A stretch of 61,354 nt of DNA, the filler included, from Deltaproteobacteria bacterium (GTDB lineage: Bacteria > JAEEML01): NCBI GenBank assembly GCA_016283195.1. It is 6 parts of 6 records of this genome, joined end to end, with 100 filler letters (N's around TTAATTAATTAA, not from the genome) between each part and the next. Parts side by side here need not be neighbours in the genome. Positions count along the whole stretch, not along the records: positions 21,710 to 40,964 come from JAEEML010000049.1; positions 41,065 to 49,915 come from JAEEML010000003.1; 4 more parts are not named here. One strand, 5' to 3'. The notes under the pieces were generated by a model. It was not told the origin of the DNA. It searched no databases and worked only from the letters and a program-made list of their open reading frames with translations. Shown piece after piece: positions 31,147 to 41,071 of this stretch. The translations under genes and the position numbers were made by a program. Every line of letters starts with the position of its first letter. Position 1 is the first letter of the stretch.

Positions 31147-31629
31147 TTATTTTTGATCTTTATCACTGGTTCTTGGCTGGCAACGTTTGAAAGTGGCGGT
31201 GGCGTCGGTGGTAGTGGAGGCTATAGTGGCACATTGATAAAGCTTTACATCCTGGCAATCGGAATCTTTTTCGCAAGGAGCAAAGACACAATAAGCTTCA
31301 CCGGCATGGGCCCCCAAATCCTGCACGGCTTGGCAAGTAAAACCATCAGGACAGGGATTATTGTCATCACAACGGCGCGAACAGTATGGGGGCATATTGA
31401 GGTGATTTAAGCAGATAAAAGTCTCGCAAATACCGTCTTGCAAGATTTGTTCATCAGTGATTACCGGCTCTTCACCAACCACAATTTCGTTTTTATTGAC
31501 GCCTTCCGACCATTTTTTTTCATCAACGGCGCAGGGAGTGCCCAAATCTTCTTTATTGCAAGAAGCCAAAAAAGCGGGCAGGAAGCATCCAAAAATTACT
31601 AAAATTACTTTTCTTTTTTGTATTGACAC
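31147..31629 (-). CDS. Cys-rich lipoprotein, CglC-like
   Basis: Lipobox LASC; DLGTPC...CETFICL...YCSRRC...FTC...YC. Confidence 0.55.
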   Translation of the reverse strand: MSIQKRKVILVIFGCFLPAFLASCNKEDLGTPCAVDEKKWSEGVNKNEIVVGEEPVITDEQILQDGICETFICLNHLNMPPYCSRRCDDNNPCPDGFTCQAVQDLGAHAGEAYCVFAPCEKDSDCQDVKLYQCATIASTTTDATATFKRCQPRTSDKDQK

Positions 31630-32036
31630 AGCTTAATCTCCTCGCGCGGGTGCACATTAGGCATGGTTACACAATTAAAAAGCTCTTCATCACCGCAATC
31701 GGCAGCGCTTTTACACTCTTTAAAAGCACAAAATTTATTTTTGGCATAAGGACCTATTTCTTGCACCTGGCGGCAGGTAAAACCAAGCGGGCAACCGCCG
31801 TCATTGCGGCATTTTTGGCTGCAATAGCCGGAGGAGCCTTTGGTGGCGATACAAATGTATGAGGCACAGTCAAAGGCCAGGTCCTGTGAAACAACCTCAT
31901 TGACCGAGGTCATATTTTCTGCTGTATCACTGGCGGCATCTAAAGTTAGCGGGCAGGCTTTGCCGAGGTCGTGATCGGCACAAGAAGCCAGCGGTAATGC
32001 GGCTAGTAGCAAAATAAGAAAGCGCTTATAAGCCAT
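31605..32036 (-). CDS. Cys-rich lipoprotein, CglC-like paralog
   Basis: Lipobox LASC; DLGKAC...CASYICI...GYCSQKC...FTC...FC; start moved to ATG 32036. Confidence 0.55.
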   Translation of the reverse strand: MAYKRFLILLLAALPLASCADHDLGKACPLTLDAASDTAENMTSVNEVVSQDLAFDCASYICIATKGSSGYCSQKCRNDGGCPLGFTCRQVQEIGPYAKNKFCAFKECKSAADCGDEELFNCVTMPNVHPREEIKLCQYKKEK

Positions 32037-32085
32037 TAGTAAATTCCTTTTACCGCGCTTCAGCCAGAAGCGCCGGGCTATTATA

Positions 32086-33492
32086 TCATGAGCCTTCGCG
32101 GCTAACAAGAGACTTGCGCCGCGGAAACCACAAAACTCCGCGCCTGGGATAAACGGCCTTCTCCGGCTCCTTAGTCGTTAATTTGGCGGAAAAGGTGGCT
32201 TCTTCCAAAAGAAAAGCCGGATTATCATCTTTTGTTTGTTGCAAAATCATTTCTTTTGCACCGCAAAGTTGCAATTTATAACAGTGTTTTGATTTTACCG
32301 GAATAAAGCCGCTGACCAGGCGGGCCATGCCCGGGCAAGAGCGCACTTTTTGTGCCAGAGCGGCTATTGGGCCATCGGCCCAGGGGGTAAAAGCCCAGTA
32401 TGACCAGCGCAAAAGCGTATGATCAAGAGAAGTTACATGATCCAGCTCTTCTATTAAGCGCGGGCGCGTCCAGGCACGCTCACTATGGCACCAATCTTTG
32501 CCGCCGATAAAAAGGCGGCAACTTTCATCGTGCAGACAGGGGGCGAGGGTATAAAGGCGCTCTTTAAGAGTTTCCCGACAGGCCAGCAAAGTAGTTGTGC
32601 AATCTTTGGTAGCCGGCTCGATTACCGTGACAAAACCAAGCCCCGGAGCCAGGCGGCTCTCTAAAAGAGTGCGTAAATTTTCGGCTTTTTCTTCCAAAAC
32701 GTTGCGCCTGCTGGCACCTATGACCTCGTTTAAAATATTGGCCATTAAAATAATGTGATAACCACCGGCTACTTTGGGCGCCTCCTGCAAAATATCGCCG
32801 CGAATAGTGCGTATTTTAAGGCGCGAATCTTTAGGCTCGCTAAGCCCCAAATAGTGAGCAAGCGGCCCGATATCAGCGAGTAATTGCGGAGCTTTGTCCA
32901 CAAAATCTAGTTCAATATTCATCTCCTTCGGCATAAGAGTAAGGAGAGTAGCGGCGCAGGCCAGGCCGGCACTGCCCGGGCCGGATCCAAGGTCCAAGAG
33001 ACGCACAACCTTGCAGCCATCTTCGCCCGGCTCTATTTTTTGGAGCAAGATTGTGAGTATTTCCTGCAATTCCCCCATGATAGCAAAAGTGCGGGCGGCA
33101 TTTAAAAGAAAATAGTGGCCGAGGTAAGCAGCTCTGAGGCCGGTTTTTTGAAAGAGATTGGGCTTCATTTGGCCGCGGGCGTGGTTGTAAATCTCGGCCA
33201 GTTCGGCTACATCGTTCCCCAGTAGGCGGGCGAGAGACGGCGCGTCATTTACTTTGGCAGCTCCGTGCTTGGGCCGATAATGTTCCAAAAGATAAGCGGC
33301 AAGTCCGTCTTCCCACTCTCGCGGAATGTAGCGCGGGCGGGGCAAAAAAGCGCGATTTTCTCTTTCCCCGGCTAATTTTTTGGCTGCTACCACCGGCTTA
33401 ATTCTCTCTCGCGGTGATTTATTTAGTTTTTCATTTGTTGATTGCACTTTAGGTAATGTTTCAAAATTACTCTTTTTTTCTGTTCTTTTCAT
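32086..33492 (-). CDS. Rsm22-family SAM-dependent methyltransferase
   Basis: Motifs LLDLGSGPG, NILNE, IEPAT, APCLH...C...DWCH. Confidence 0.85.
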   Translation of the reverse strand: MKRTEKKSNFETLPKVQSTNEKLNKSPRERIKPVVAAKKLAGERENRAFLPRPRYIPREWEDGLAAYLLEHYRPKHGAAKVNDAPSLARLLGNDVAELAEIYNHARGQMKPNLFQKTGLRAAYLGHYFLLNAARTFAIMGELQEILTILLQKIEPGEDGCKVVRLLDLGSGPGSAGLACAATLLTLMPKEMNIELDFVDKAPQLLADIGPLAHYLGLSEPKDSRLKIRTIRGDILQEAPKVAGGYHIILMANILNEVIGASRRNVLEEKAENLRTLLESRLAPGLGFVTVIEPATKDCTTTLLACRETLKERLYTLAPCLHDESCRLFIGGKDWCHSERAWTRPRLIEELDHVTSLDHTLLRWSYWAFTPWADGPIAALAQKVRSCPGMARLVSGFIPVKSKHCYKLQLCGAKEMILQQTKDDNPAFLLEEATFSAKLTTKEPEKAVYPRRGVLWFPRRKSLVSREGS

Positions 33493-33571
33493 GCATCGTG
33501 CCTTAACTTTTAGCAAAATTTGGCCTTTTTAAAATTCGAGCCAATATCTTTAGCTGATACTCCCTTTTCTG

Positions 33572-33600
33572 TTGCACTTCAAGAAGATGATGACTATAAA
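33572..33600 (+). promoter_or_regulatory. Sigma70-like promoter
   Basis: TTGCAC-17 nt-TATAAA upstream of the EF-G-like gene. Confidence 0.55.
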
Positions 33601-33651
33601 AGCTTGTAACACTTTCCGGCAATTAGCTCGGATGCCAAAGGAGTAGTAAGG

Positions 33652-35748
33652 ATGAGCACTTTTGAAAGCAAGGACATTCGCAACATCGCTCTAGTTGGTC
33701 ACAAAGGTACAGGCAAGACATCGGCCGCTGAGGCCATGCTCTTTACCAGTGGTGTGACTACCCGCCTCAACAAAGTTGACGATGGCAACTCAATTCTCGA
33801 CACCGATCCGGAGGAGCAAAAACGCATATCATCGCTTGCTCTCCATGTAGCTAATTGTGAGTGGAAAGGGGCTAAAATCAACATTTTAGACACCCCTGGA
33901 GATGGCAATTTCTTCCAATTTACCCAAAACGCCATTTGTGTAGCTGAAGGCATTATCTCTTTTGTCAGCGCCCCCGACGGTGTTGAAGCCCAAACGCTGC
34001 GCACTTACAAAATGGCCGATGAGCGCAAGATTCCCAAAATTATCTTTATTTCCAAGATGGATCGTGAACGGGCCGACTTTTTGGGCTGCTTTAAACAAAT
34101 TAAAGAGCGCATGGCTCCCGACGCCATTCCCATGGTTTTGCCTATCGGTAAAGAAGATTCCTTTAAAGGCATTGTTGATCTCATCAATATGAATGCCCGC
34201 ATTTTCGAGAGTGATGGCAAGGGCAAATTCCATTTGGAAGATGTTCCGGCCGATATGCTGGAACTCGCCAAAGAGCAGCGTTACAAACTAATGGAAGAGG
34301 TGGCCGGCACCGATGAAAAGCTGCTTGATAAATTTATGGAAACCGATGAGCTGTCACAGGAAGAATTGGTGAGCGGTACTTCCAATGCTCTGAAAAACCA
34401 CCTTTTAACACCTGTCCTCGTGGGCTCAGCTGTGCGCAACATGGGTATTCCCATGCTCATGGATATGATTGTCAACTTGATGCCCTCACCGCTGGAGGGG
34501 CCGCTTCATCCCTCGCACGATAAAGACGGCAAGGAAGTGGAAATTCCCCGCGATCAGCATGGTGATACTAACGCCATTGTCTTTACTACTTTGGTGGATC
34601 AACACGCCGGCAAAATCAATATTATGAAAGTTTTGTCCGGTACGCTCTCTTCCGACAGCACTATTTACAATGTGCGCAAAAACAATAACCAAGAGCGCCT
34701 CGGTACTTTGCTCGCTCTTCAGGGGCGTAAAACCGAAGGTATCGATAAAGCGGTTATGGGTGATATTTGCGGAGTTGCCAAACTAAAAGATACCGACACC
34801 GGCGACACTTTAGCGAGTACTCCAGATGCTCCGCAACTCGATTTGCCACCTATCCCGCCGATTTTGATTTCTTATCGCCTCTTGCCGAAAAACAAGAATG
34901 ATATTGATAAAATAGGCCAGGGTATCAAGCGCCTGCAAGAAGAAGATCAGGCTTATGGTTTCGGCCATGACGAAATCACCCAGGATCTCGTGCTTTCCGG
35001 TTGCGGCGTCACACACCTCGAAGTGGCTTTGGAGCGTTTGCGCCGCCGCTACGGTATTGATGTCGATTTGGCCCCCATCAATGTGCCTTACCGCGAAACT
35101 ATCACCAAGCGGGTGGACAACATCGAAGGCAAGCATAAAAAACAATCCGGCGGTCGTGGCCAGTTTGGTGTGGCTATTTTGAATGTCATGCCTAATCCCG
35201 GCAAGGGCTATGAATATGTCAACTGCATTGTGGGCGGCGCCATTCCCAAACAGTGGATCCCCTCAGTTGATAAAGGTATTCAAAATGCCCTTAAACAGGG
35301 TATTGTGGCCGGTTATCCGGTGGTGGATATTAAAGTTGAATGTATCGATGGTAAATATCACGATGTCGATAGTTCCGAAATGTCCTTCCAAATTGCCGGC
35401 TCCAAGGGTATTAAAGCGGCTATGGCTCAGGCCAAGCCGGTGATTTTGGAACCCATCATGGAGATGGAAGTTATTGTCCCCGAAGAGAACATGGGCGATA
35501 TCATGGGCAATTTGAATAGCCGCCGCGGGCGTATTTTGGGCATGGATACCAAAGATGGTCTCTCCACCATTAAAGCCAATGTGCCGATGGCCGAAGTGTT
35601 GATGTTTGCTCCAGATTTGCACTCGGTTACCGCCGGTCGTGGCACCTTCACCATGAAGCTCGTCTCTTATGAGCGCGTGCCCGACCAATTAGTGCCCAAG
35701 ATTGTGGCCGATAGCCCGGTTAAACCTAAAGCCGAAGAAGAAGAATAA
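33652..35748 (+). CDS. Elongation factor G paralog (EF-G2-like)
   Basis: Full EF-G architecture (DTPG, PYRETI, KQSGGRGQFG, YHDVDSSE). G1 and G2 are divergent (GHKGTGKT, KRISSL) and the gene is not in the str operon. Confidence 0.9.
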   Translation: MSTFESKDIRNIALVGHKGTGKTSAAEAMLFTSGVTTRLNKVDDGNSILDTDPEEQKRISSLALHVANCEWKGAKINILDTPGDGNFFQFTQNAICVAEGIISFVSAPDGVEAQTLRTYKMADERKIPKIIFISKMDRERADFLGCFKQIKERMAPDAIPMVLPIGKEDSFKGIVDLINMNARIFESDGKGKFHLEDVPADMLELAKEQRYKLMEEVAGTDEKLLDKFMETDELSQEELVSGTSNALKNHLLTPVLVGSAVRNMGIPMLMDMIVNLMPSPLEGPLHPSHDKDGKEVEIPRDQHGDTNAIVFTTLVDQHAGKINIMKVLSGTLSSDSTIYNVRKNNNQERLGTLLALQGRKTEGIDKAVMGDICGVAKLKDTDTGDTLASTPDAPQLDLPPIPPILISYRLLPKNKNDIDKIGQGIKRLQEEDQAYGFGHDEITQDLVLSGCGVTHLEVALERLRRRYGIDVDLAPINVPYRETITKRVDNIEGKHKKQSGGRGQFGVAILNVMPNPGKGYEYVNCIVGGAIPKQWIPSVDKGIQNALKQGIVAGYPVVDIKVECIDGKYHDVDSSEMSFQIAGSKGIKAAMAQAKPVILEPIMEMEVIVPEENMGDIMGNLNSRRGRILGMDTKDGLSTIKANVPMAEVLMFAPDLHSVTAGRGTFTMKLVSYERVPDQLVPKIVADSPVKPKAEEEE

Positions 35749-35758
35749 TCCCCAAATT

Positions 35759-36181
35759 ATGAAGTTATTCCTCCCCGGTCCGGAGCCGCGTGAAAGTAAT
35801 CAAACGCTCTGGATTCTCGCTATCGGCAATCTCATACTCCTTGTTATTGCCCGTTTTATGGGCTCTTGGCTGGTTTCGGCCAAACATGATGCGGTGCCCT
35901 TTCTCACCTGCTTTTTTCGCAAGGTCACCGGCCATTACTGCCCCTTTTGCGGCATGACCCGCTCTTTTAACGCTGCTATGCACGGTGAATTTGGACGGGC
36001 TTTTTATGAAAACCCCATGGGCCCGGTGCTAATAATTTCCGGCCTTTTGCTCTTTTTCTGGCAATGCCTGGCTCTTTTAATAAAGCGCCACCCGGCGGAG
36101 AAAGTGTGGAAAATACTTGGCAAAACGCTCTTTGTTATGCTGCTTATTAACTGGATTTATCTCTTTTTTGCCAAAGTGTGA
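35759..36181 (+). CDS. DUF2752 family membrane protein
   Basis: CFFRKVTGHYCPFCGMTRSF motif. Confidence 0.88.
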   Translation: MKLFLPGPEPRESNQTLWILAIGNLILLVIARFMGSWLVSAKHDAVPFLTCFFRKVTGHYCPFCGMTRSFNAAMHGEFGRAFYENPMGPVLIISGLLLFFWQCLALLIKRHPAEKVWKILGKTLFVMLLINWIYLFFAKV

Positions 36182-36194
36182 GATTATAAAAGGC

Positions 36195-36845
36195 TTACGC
36201 TTCTTCAGCTAAAACAGCTTTGATATAAGCGGCGTCAAAAATGCCTTCGCGGGTAATCACTACCTCGCCGTCCTCAATATCCACCACTGTGGAAGATACC
36301 GACTTGGTGAGCTCGCCGGCCTCGATGAAAAGATCGATGCGGCTGGCAAAATTTTTCTTAATCATGGCCGGCGACTGAGCGCCGCTCTTTTTTTGCTTAT
36401 TGGCACTGGAGACCAATACCGGGCGGCCCAAAAGTTTAACCACCTGGCGGGCTACCGGCGAGGCCGGCACGCGTACGCCCAATTTGCCATGGACTCTGGT
36501 GAGCTCTTTGACTACCTGTGGCGGCAGGTTGTCACTCGGGGGTAAAAGGATAGTAAGCGGCCCGGGCCAGCACTTTTCCATGAGCTTTTTAGCCGCGTTG
36601 TCCACGCCGCTCACCACCTGTTTCAGCATAGCTGTATCGGCCACAAAGATGAGCGATGGGGCCTTTTGGGTGCGGCTTTTACATTGCAAAAGGGTAATAA
36701 CCGCTTTGCTGTTGGTGGCATCCACCATAAAGCGGTACGAGCCGTTGCAGGGCATACAAACGAGGCCGCCCCGCTCCAAAACTGCACAAATTTGGCCGTT
36801 GTGGCCGCCGATAAGTCCTTCATTGGGTACTGTAATAGTATTCAC
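36195..36845 (-). CDS. Sua5/YciO/YrdC (TsaC-like) family protein, divergent
   Basis: WPGPLT, GVRVP, SSAN and STVVD present; N-terminal motif reads PCNGSYRF. Confidence 0.85.
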   Translation of the reverse strand: MNTITVPNEGLIGGHNGQICAVLERGGLVCMPCNGSYRFMVDATNSKAVITLLQCKSRTQKAPSLIFVADTAMLKQVVSGVDNAAKKLMEKCWPGPLTILLPPSDNLPPQVVKELTRVHGKLGVRVPASPVARQVVKLLGRPVLVSSANKQKKSGAQSPAMIKKNFASRIDLFIEAGELTKSVSSTVVDIEDGEVVITREGIFDAAYIKAVLAEEA

Positions 36846-37100
36846 GTTAAAGCTCCTCTATCCGGCGGGCTTTGCCATAGAGCCGGAAGCATATTTTTTA
36901 ACATAGCAGGGCTATATTTTATTGCAACATTTGCTTTTCTTGCCAGGGAGAACTTTTCCACGGTGAAACCAACCAAATTAAATTAACTAGTCGCAAATCA
37001 GTTTTTTTAATATTACTCATTGGTTTTGATATTCAAAACATTGGAATATTCCATATTTTTCCAAGAAAAAGCGCAGCATTGAGTAATTCGCGTAAAATAA

Positions 37101-37196
37101 TTACTTTAGTGTGTCAATATCGCTTACCGAAAGGCCGGTTACGGCATAGACAGTGGCAGAGTCCATATTTAAATGCAGCATTCTTTTGGCTGTTCC
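37101..37196 (-). pseudogene. Isolated Rpn-type C-terminal tail remnant
   Basis: Translates GTAKRMLHLNMDSATVYAVTGLSVSDIDTLK*, matching the end of the gene at 57345-58055 (AAQKMLALKMDTATISAVTGLSKSDIDALKC). Confidence 0.75.
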
Positions 37197-37276
37197 CGAT
37201 GTTTTTCATAAAAATCCAACAAGTTAGGAGAGAGGTTTTAGAAAAGCGCCAAGCGCTCCCGGCAGGAACAGGATTT

Positions 37277-38236
37277 TTAAATATCTTGAATATCTAGGAG
37301 CCCCACCACTTTGCCTGCTTCGTCCAGCACAGGCAGAGCGTTTATGTGGTGTTTATTCATAATAACGCGGGCTTCACGCACCAAAGTAGCGGCAGTAAGA
37401 GAGATGCCCGGGCTGGTCATTACCTCGCCCACCAGGCGATCGGCCAATTTGTCATCATGGGCCCAGGCGCGGCGAAAATCGCCATCAGTAAAGACACCTA
37501 AAAGGCTGCCTTTTTCATCAACCACGCAGGCGCAACCGGAACGGGCTTCGCTAATGGCCTCAACAGCCTTTCTCACTTTGGTATCCGGAGAAATTCTGGG
37601 GCAACGCTCGCCGCGACGCATCATTTCGCCGGCGGTACTGAGGCTCAGCCCCAAACTGCCGCCGGGGTGGAGGCGGGCAAAATCGCTCTCGGTAAAACCG
37701 CGCGTCTTTAAGACTGCGGAAGCTAAAGCATCACCGATAGCCAGCATACAAGTCGAGGATGAAGAAGGGGCCAGAGGCAAAGCACAAGCCTCTTTAATCT
37801 CGCCAAGTTCCAAAACAATATCGCTGTTTCTGGCCAAAGTGGAATCGCGACTGGCCGTAATAGCAATAGTGGCAATGCGTCGCTCTTTTAGATGGGGCAA
37901 AAGCCGGCAGAGCTCTTCGGTCTCCCCGCTATGGGAAAATAAGAGAGCCATATCGCCGCTAATCACCATGCCTAAATCGCCGTGCATGGCCTCAGCCGGG
38001 TGCACAAAAAAGGCCGGGGTGCCGGTAGAAGCCAAAGAAGCGGCCACTTTCATGGCAATATGGCCGGCTTTCCCCATGCCTAAAGTCACCAAACGCCCTT
38101 TGCTGTTGACTATTTTAAGCACCGCTTCCACAAAAGTATCATTTAGGCGCGCTGCCAAATCCATAAGGCTTTTAGCCTCAAGTTCTATGACTTCCCGCCC
38201 CTCATCCAGTATTTCATTCCATTTATTCTTTGCCAT
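37277..38236 (-). CDS. kdsD: Arabinose-5-phosphate isomerase (KpsF/GutQ; SIS + 2 CBS)
   Basis: Motifs GMGKAGHI, HPAEAMHGDLG, SGETEE, HPGGSLG, TDGD. Confidence 0.93.
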   Translation of the reverse strand: MAKNKWNEILDEGREVIELEAKSLMDLAARLNDTFVEAVLKIVNSKGRLVTLGMGKAGHIAMKVAASLASTGTPAFFVHPAEAMHGDLGMVISGDMALLFSHSGETEELCRLLPHLKERRIATIAITASRDSTLARNSDIVLELGEIKEACALPLAPSSSSTCMLAIGDALASAVLKTRGFTESDFARLHPGGSLGLSLSTAGEMMRRGERCPRISPDTKVRKAVEAISEARSGCACVVDEKGSLLGVFTDGDFRRAWAHDDKLADRLVGEVMTSPGISLTAATLVREARVIMNKHHINALPVLDEAGKVVGLLDIQDI

Positions 38237-38733
38237 CAGCGCTCCTCTCCGTGAGCTTCATGGGAAATAGCGCACCCGGTGCCGGGCGTCAACAGTGAAG
38301 AAGCTAATACATTAAGTTCCATTAAAATAGCGTTATCAGACGGATTTTCATAATAATTCTCGCGCCGTCCGCTAATAATAAAACCATGCTTTTCATAAAA
38401 AGCGCGCGCCGCCTTATTTTGTTCCGCCACTTCTAAAAAGAGGCGCTTTACCTGCAAATCTAAAAGCGCGGCCAAAGCCGAAAAAAGCACTTTTTCTCCA
38501 AGCCCCCGGCGGCGAGCTGTCGGCAAAACCATAATCTTTGTGAGCTCGGCTTCATCAAAAACGGGCAAAAAAGAGGCCAGAGCCAGCAAGCCGCCAAAGC
38601 CTTTAATGCCCAAAACTTTACTCTGGCGCAGCTCGGAAAGCCAACTGTTTACCTGCCACGGAGCAGCAAAACAAGCCGCATCCAGCTCACAAATTTCATT
38701 GATATTTTCGGCAGTTAGTGGTTCTACCAGCAT
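38236..38733 (-). CDS. rimI: Ribosomal protein S18 alanine N-acetyltransferase (GNAT)
   Basis: Motifs RRRGLG, LEVAEQN, FYEKHGF, RRENYY, AILM. Confidence 0.85.
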   Translation of the reverse strand: MLVEPLTAENINEICELDAACFAAPWQVNSWLSELRQSKVLGIKGFGGLLALASFLPVFDEAELTKIMVLPTARRRGLGEKVLFSALAALLDLQVKRLFLEVAEQNKAARAFYEKHGFIISGRRENYYENPSDNAILMELNVLASSLLTPGTGCAISHEAHGEER

Positions 38734-39941
38734 TTTGTACCCAATTCGATTACCGGCTCTTTACTGAGATCAACTTCCAGCTCGCCATCAGCGCCCAGTC
38801 CCTCTTCGGATGCTTCGGTTGTTTCTTTATGTTCAAAACTTTCCCATTTGCCATCGGAACTGGCATGAATGCCGGAATAACGCAGAGCAAAATCATCGGG
38901 ATGAGTAGCTTGCCGCAAGGCTTCTTCATAGGTGATTTCTTTGGCTGTAAGGAGCCCCATGAGCGATTGATCAAAAGTTTGCATGCCGTAATTGATATTG
39001 CCGTCGGCCATGGCATCGGTAATCTCTCTGGTTTTCAGCGGATCATCAATAAGTTCTCTGATATGCGCGGTCATGCGCATAATTTCCACCGCCGGCACCC
39101 GCCCCCGGCCATCGGCTGTCGGCACCAGGCGCTGCGAGATAATGGCCTTTAAAACCGTACCAAGTTGAGTGCGAATCTGCTGGTGCTGATATTGCGGGAA
39201 GAGAGAAACAATGCGCCCTACAGTTTCCACCGCATCGAGAGTATGCAGAGTAGAGAGCACCAAATGGCCCGTTTCGGCGGCGGTTAAAGCTATCTCAATA
39301 GTTTCCACATCGCGCATTTCGCCAATTAAAATAACATCCGGATCCTGGCGCAAAGCGCTTTTTAAGGCCGCGCTGTAGCTAAAGGTATCAAAGCCGATTT
39401 CGCGCTGGCTGATAGCCGAATAGTGGTCTTTAAAAATAAATTCTATCGGGTCTTCAATGGTGACAATATGGTTGGCCCGGTGAGAATTTATGTAATCGAT
39501 AATAGCTGCCAGGGTGGTGGATTTTCCGGAACCGGTGGTGCCTGTCACCAAAATAAGGCCGCGCTCTTCGGCGGCAATCTGTAAAAGCACTTGCGGCAGG
39601 TGCAAACTTTCGATAGTAGCCAGATTAAACGGAATTAAGCGAAAAACTGCCCCCATAACACCGCGTTGCTGAAAGACATTTAAGCGAAAACGCGCTACAC
39701 TAGGAACAATATAAGACATATCCAGCTCATAGGTGGCGAGATATTGCTCCTTCTGCCGCTTATTCATAATAGACGTGATGGTATTAAAAAGTTCGGCGGC
39801 GGCCAGCGGCTCTTCATCGGGAATAGGCATCAAGCGGCCGTCTATGCGCATCAGCGGCTTTAAATCACTCTTAAGATGAATATCGGAAGCACGATAACGC
39901 GCAGCTTTGGTGAGAATACTGTTTAAATCCACAATTACCAC
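38724..39941 (-). CDS. Second PilT/PilU-family ATPase
   Basis: Motifs ASDIHL, GTTGSGKSTT, TIEDPIE, AETGHLVLSTLHT, GMQTFDQSL; acidic tail. Confidence 0.92.
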   Translation of the reverse strand: MVIVDLNSILTKAARYRASDIHLKSDLKPLMRIDGRLMPIPDEEPLAAAELFNTITSIMNKRQKEQYLATYELDMSYIVPSVARFRLNVFQQRGVMGAVFRLIPFNLATIESLHLPQVLLQIAAEERGLILVTGTTGSGKSTTLAAIIDYINSHRANHIVTIEDPIEFIFKDHYSAISQREIGFDTFSYSAALKSALRQDPDVILIGEMRDVETIEIALTAAETGHLVLSTLHTLDAVETVGRIVSLFPQYQHQQIRTQLGTVLKAIISQRLVPTADGRGRVPAVEIMRMTAHIRELIDDPLKTREITDAMADGNINYGMQTFDQSLMGLLTAKEITYEEALRQATHPDDFALRYSGIHASSDGKWESFEHKETTEASEEGLGADGELEVDLSKEPVIELGTKCW

Positions 39942-40627
39942 TCTGGCAGCGGCGCCGGCTCCGCTTTAGATATTTGAAACAGTTCCGGCGAAATTTTAGC
40001 TTTGGCGCGCGGTTTTTCATAGCTGATTTTGGTATAATCACCACCGGCCTCATGCATGGTAACACTTGCCACCTGGCTGAAATCGGCGGGAATTTGCAAC
40101 TCTATCCAGCTGATATTTTTGCGCATATTTTTATTTTTGGGCACCATTTTGATCTGGTAGCTCTCGCCGTTTTTAAAAACACTAAGCTCATATTGTTTTT
40201 GGCTGAATCTGATATTGCCTCGCAGCCAAAGAGCTATCTGGGCCGTCACCTGCCCCATAGCACTCACGGCCGCGCCGGTTAATTTATGCCACGGCTTATC
40301 TTTGGCCACCCGCTCATAACGGGCCAGTTCTTGCCCGTTGCTGATAAGTACCGTTTGAAAAGGAGCTACTATCTCATGGCGGATATGATCCGGAGCTTCA
40401 AAAATAGTCATGCCGCCGGCTGTTAAATCTTCCGCAAAAAGCTCCACATGGCGAGTCTGGGTAAAATTCACAACCAGCGTCTCAACGCGGCCCAGTGTAC
40501 GCTCAAGCCCGTTCCAAAAGCCATCAAGAGCTTCTCCCTTGATCTCCTCGGCGCCAAGGGCCAGGGCCGGTTTAAAAGACAAAAGCAGAGCCGCACAAAA
40601 AACTGTGGCTAGATGGCGTTTTAACAT
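39935..40627 (-). CDS. LolA-like periplasmic carrier protein
   Basis: Signal peptide; FTQTRH..F, G...FEAPDHIR, GDYTKI, ELF pattern. Confidence 0.7.
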   Translation of the reverse strand: MLKRHLATVFCAALLLSFKPALALGAEEIKGEALDGFWNGLERTLGRVETLVVNFTQTRHVELFAEDLTAGGMTIFEAPDHIRHEIVAPFQTVLISNGQELARYERVAKDKPWHKLTGAAVSAMGQVTAQIALWLRGNIRFSQKQYELSVFKNGESYQIKMVPKNKNMRKNISWIELQIPADFSQVASVTMHEAGGDYTKISYEKPRAKAKISPELFQISKAEPAPLPEW

Positions 40628-40664
40628 TATTCTTAAGCTCCGAATAAATATGCGCTAAAAAAAA

Positions 40665-40964
40665 TTACGGCAAGCGTTTTATATGGTCTATATAAATATA
40701 TTTCTTATCTTTTTTGGCAACGTGGGCTTCTATTTTATCGCCGGCGGACAAATAAAATGCCGAGAGATTATCCTGAGCGGCTTTTTTATCGAGCGCCAGT
40801 TTATTACCCCGCCCCGGCAAAAGCACTACTGCGCGGTAATTTTGTTTTTCCGCTACATAATCGTTTTTGCCCATGAGCTGGCGCACTTTGAGCGTTATAA
40901 CAGCCTCGGGAAACTCGCGGCGCTGCACTGCCACCACGTTGGCGGTAAAGCACTTTTCCAGGGG
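40665..40964 (-). CDS. Hypothetical protein, C-terminal fragment
   Basis: Frame is open to the contig edge. Confidence 0.55.
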   Translation of the reverse strand, partial: PLEKCFTANVVAVQRREFPEAVITLKVRQLMGKNDYVAEKQNYRAVVLLPGRGNKLALDKKAAQDNLSAFYLSAGDKIEAHVAKKDKKYIYIDHIKRLP

Positions 40965-41064
40965 NNNNNNNNNNNNNNNNNNNNNNNNNNNNNNNNNNNN
41001 NNNNNNNNTTAATTAATTAANNNNNNNNNNNNNNNNNNNNNNNNNNNNNNNNNNNNNNNNNNNN
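40965..41064. other. Artificial contig spacer
   Basis: 44 N + TTAATTAATTAA + 44 N. Confidence 0.98.
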
Positions 41065-41071
41065 CCGCCGC

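Noticed and set aside
37311-38270. 319-aa plus-strand ORF
   Set aside because: Antisense shadow of kdsD with no recognisable motifs. The same applies to the many shadow ORFs over pdp, pil, aroC, the EF-G paralog and polA.
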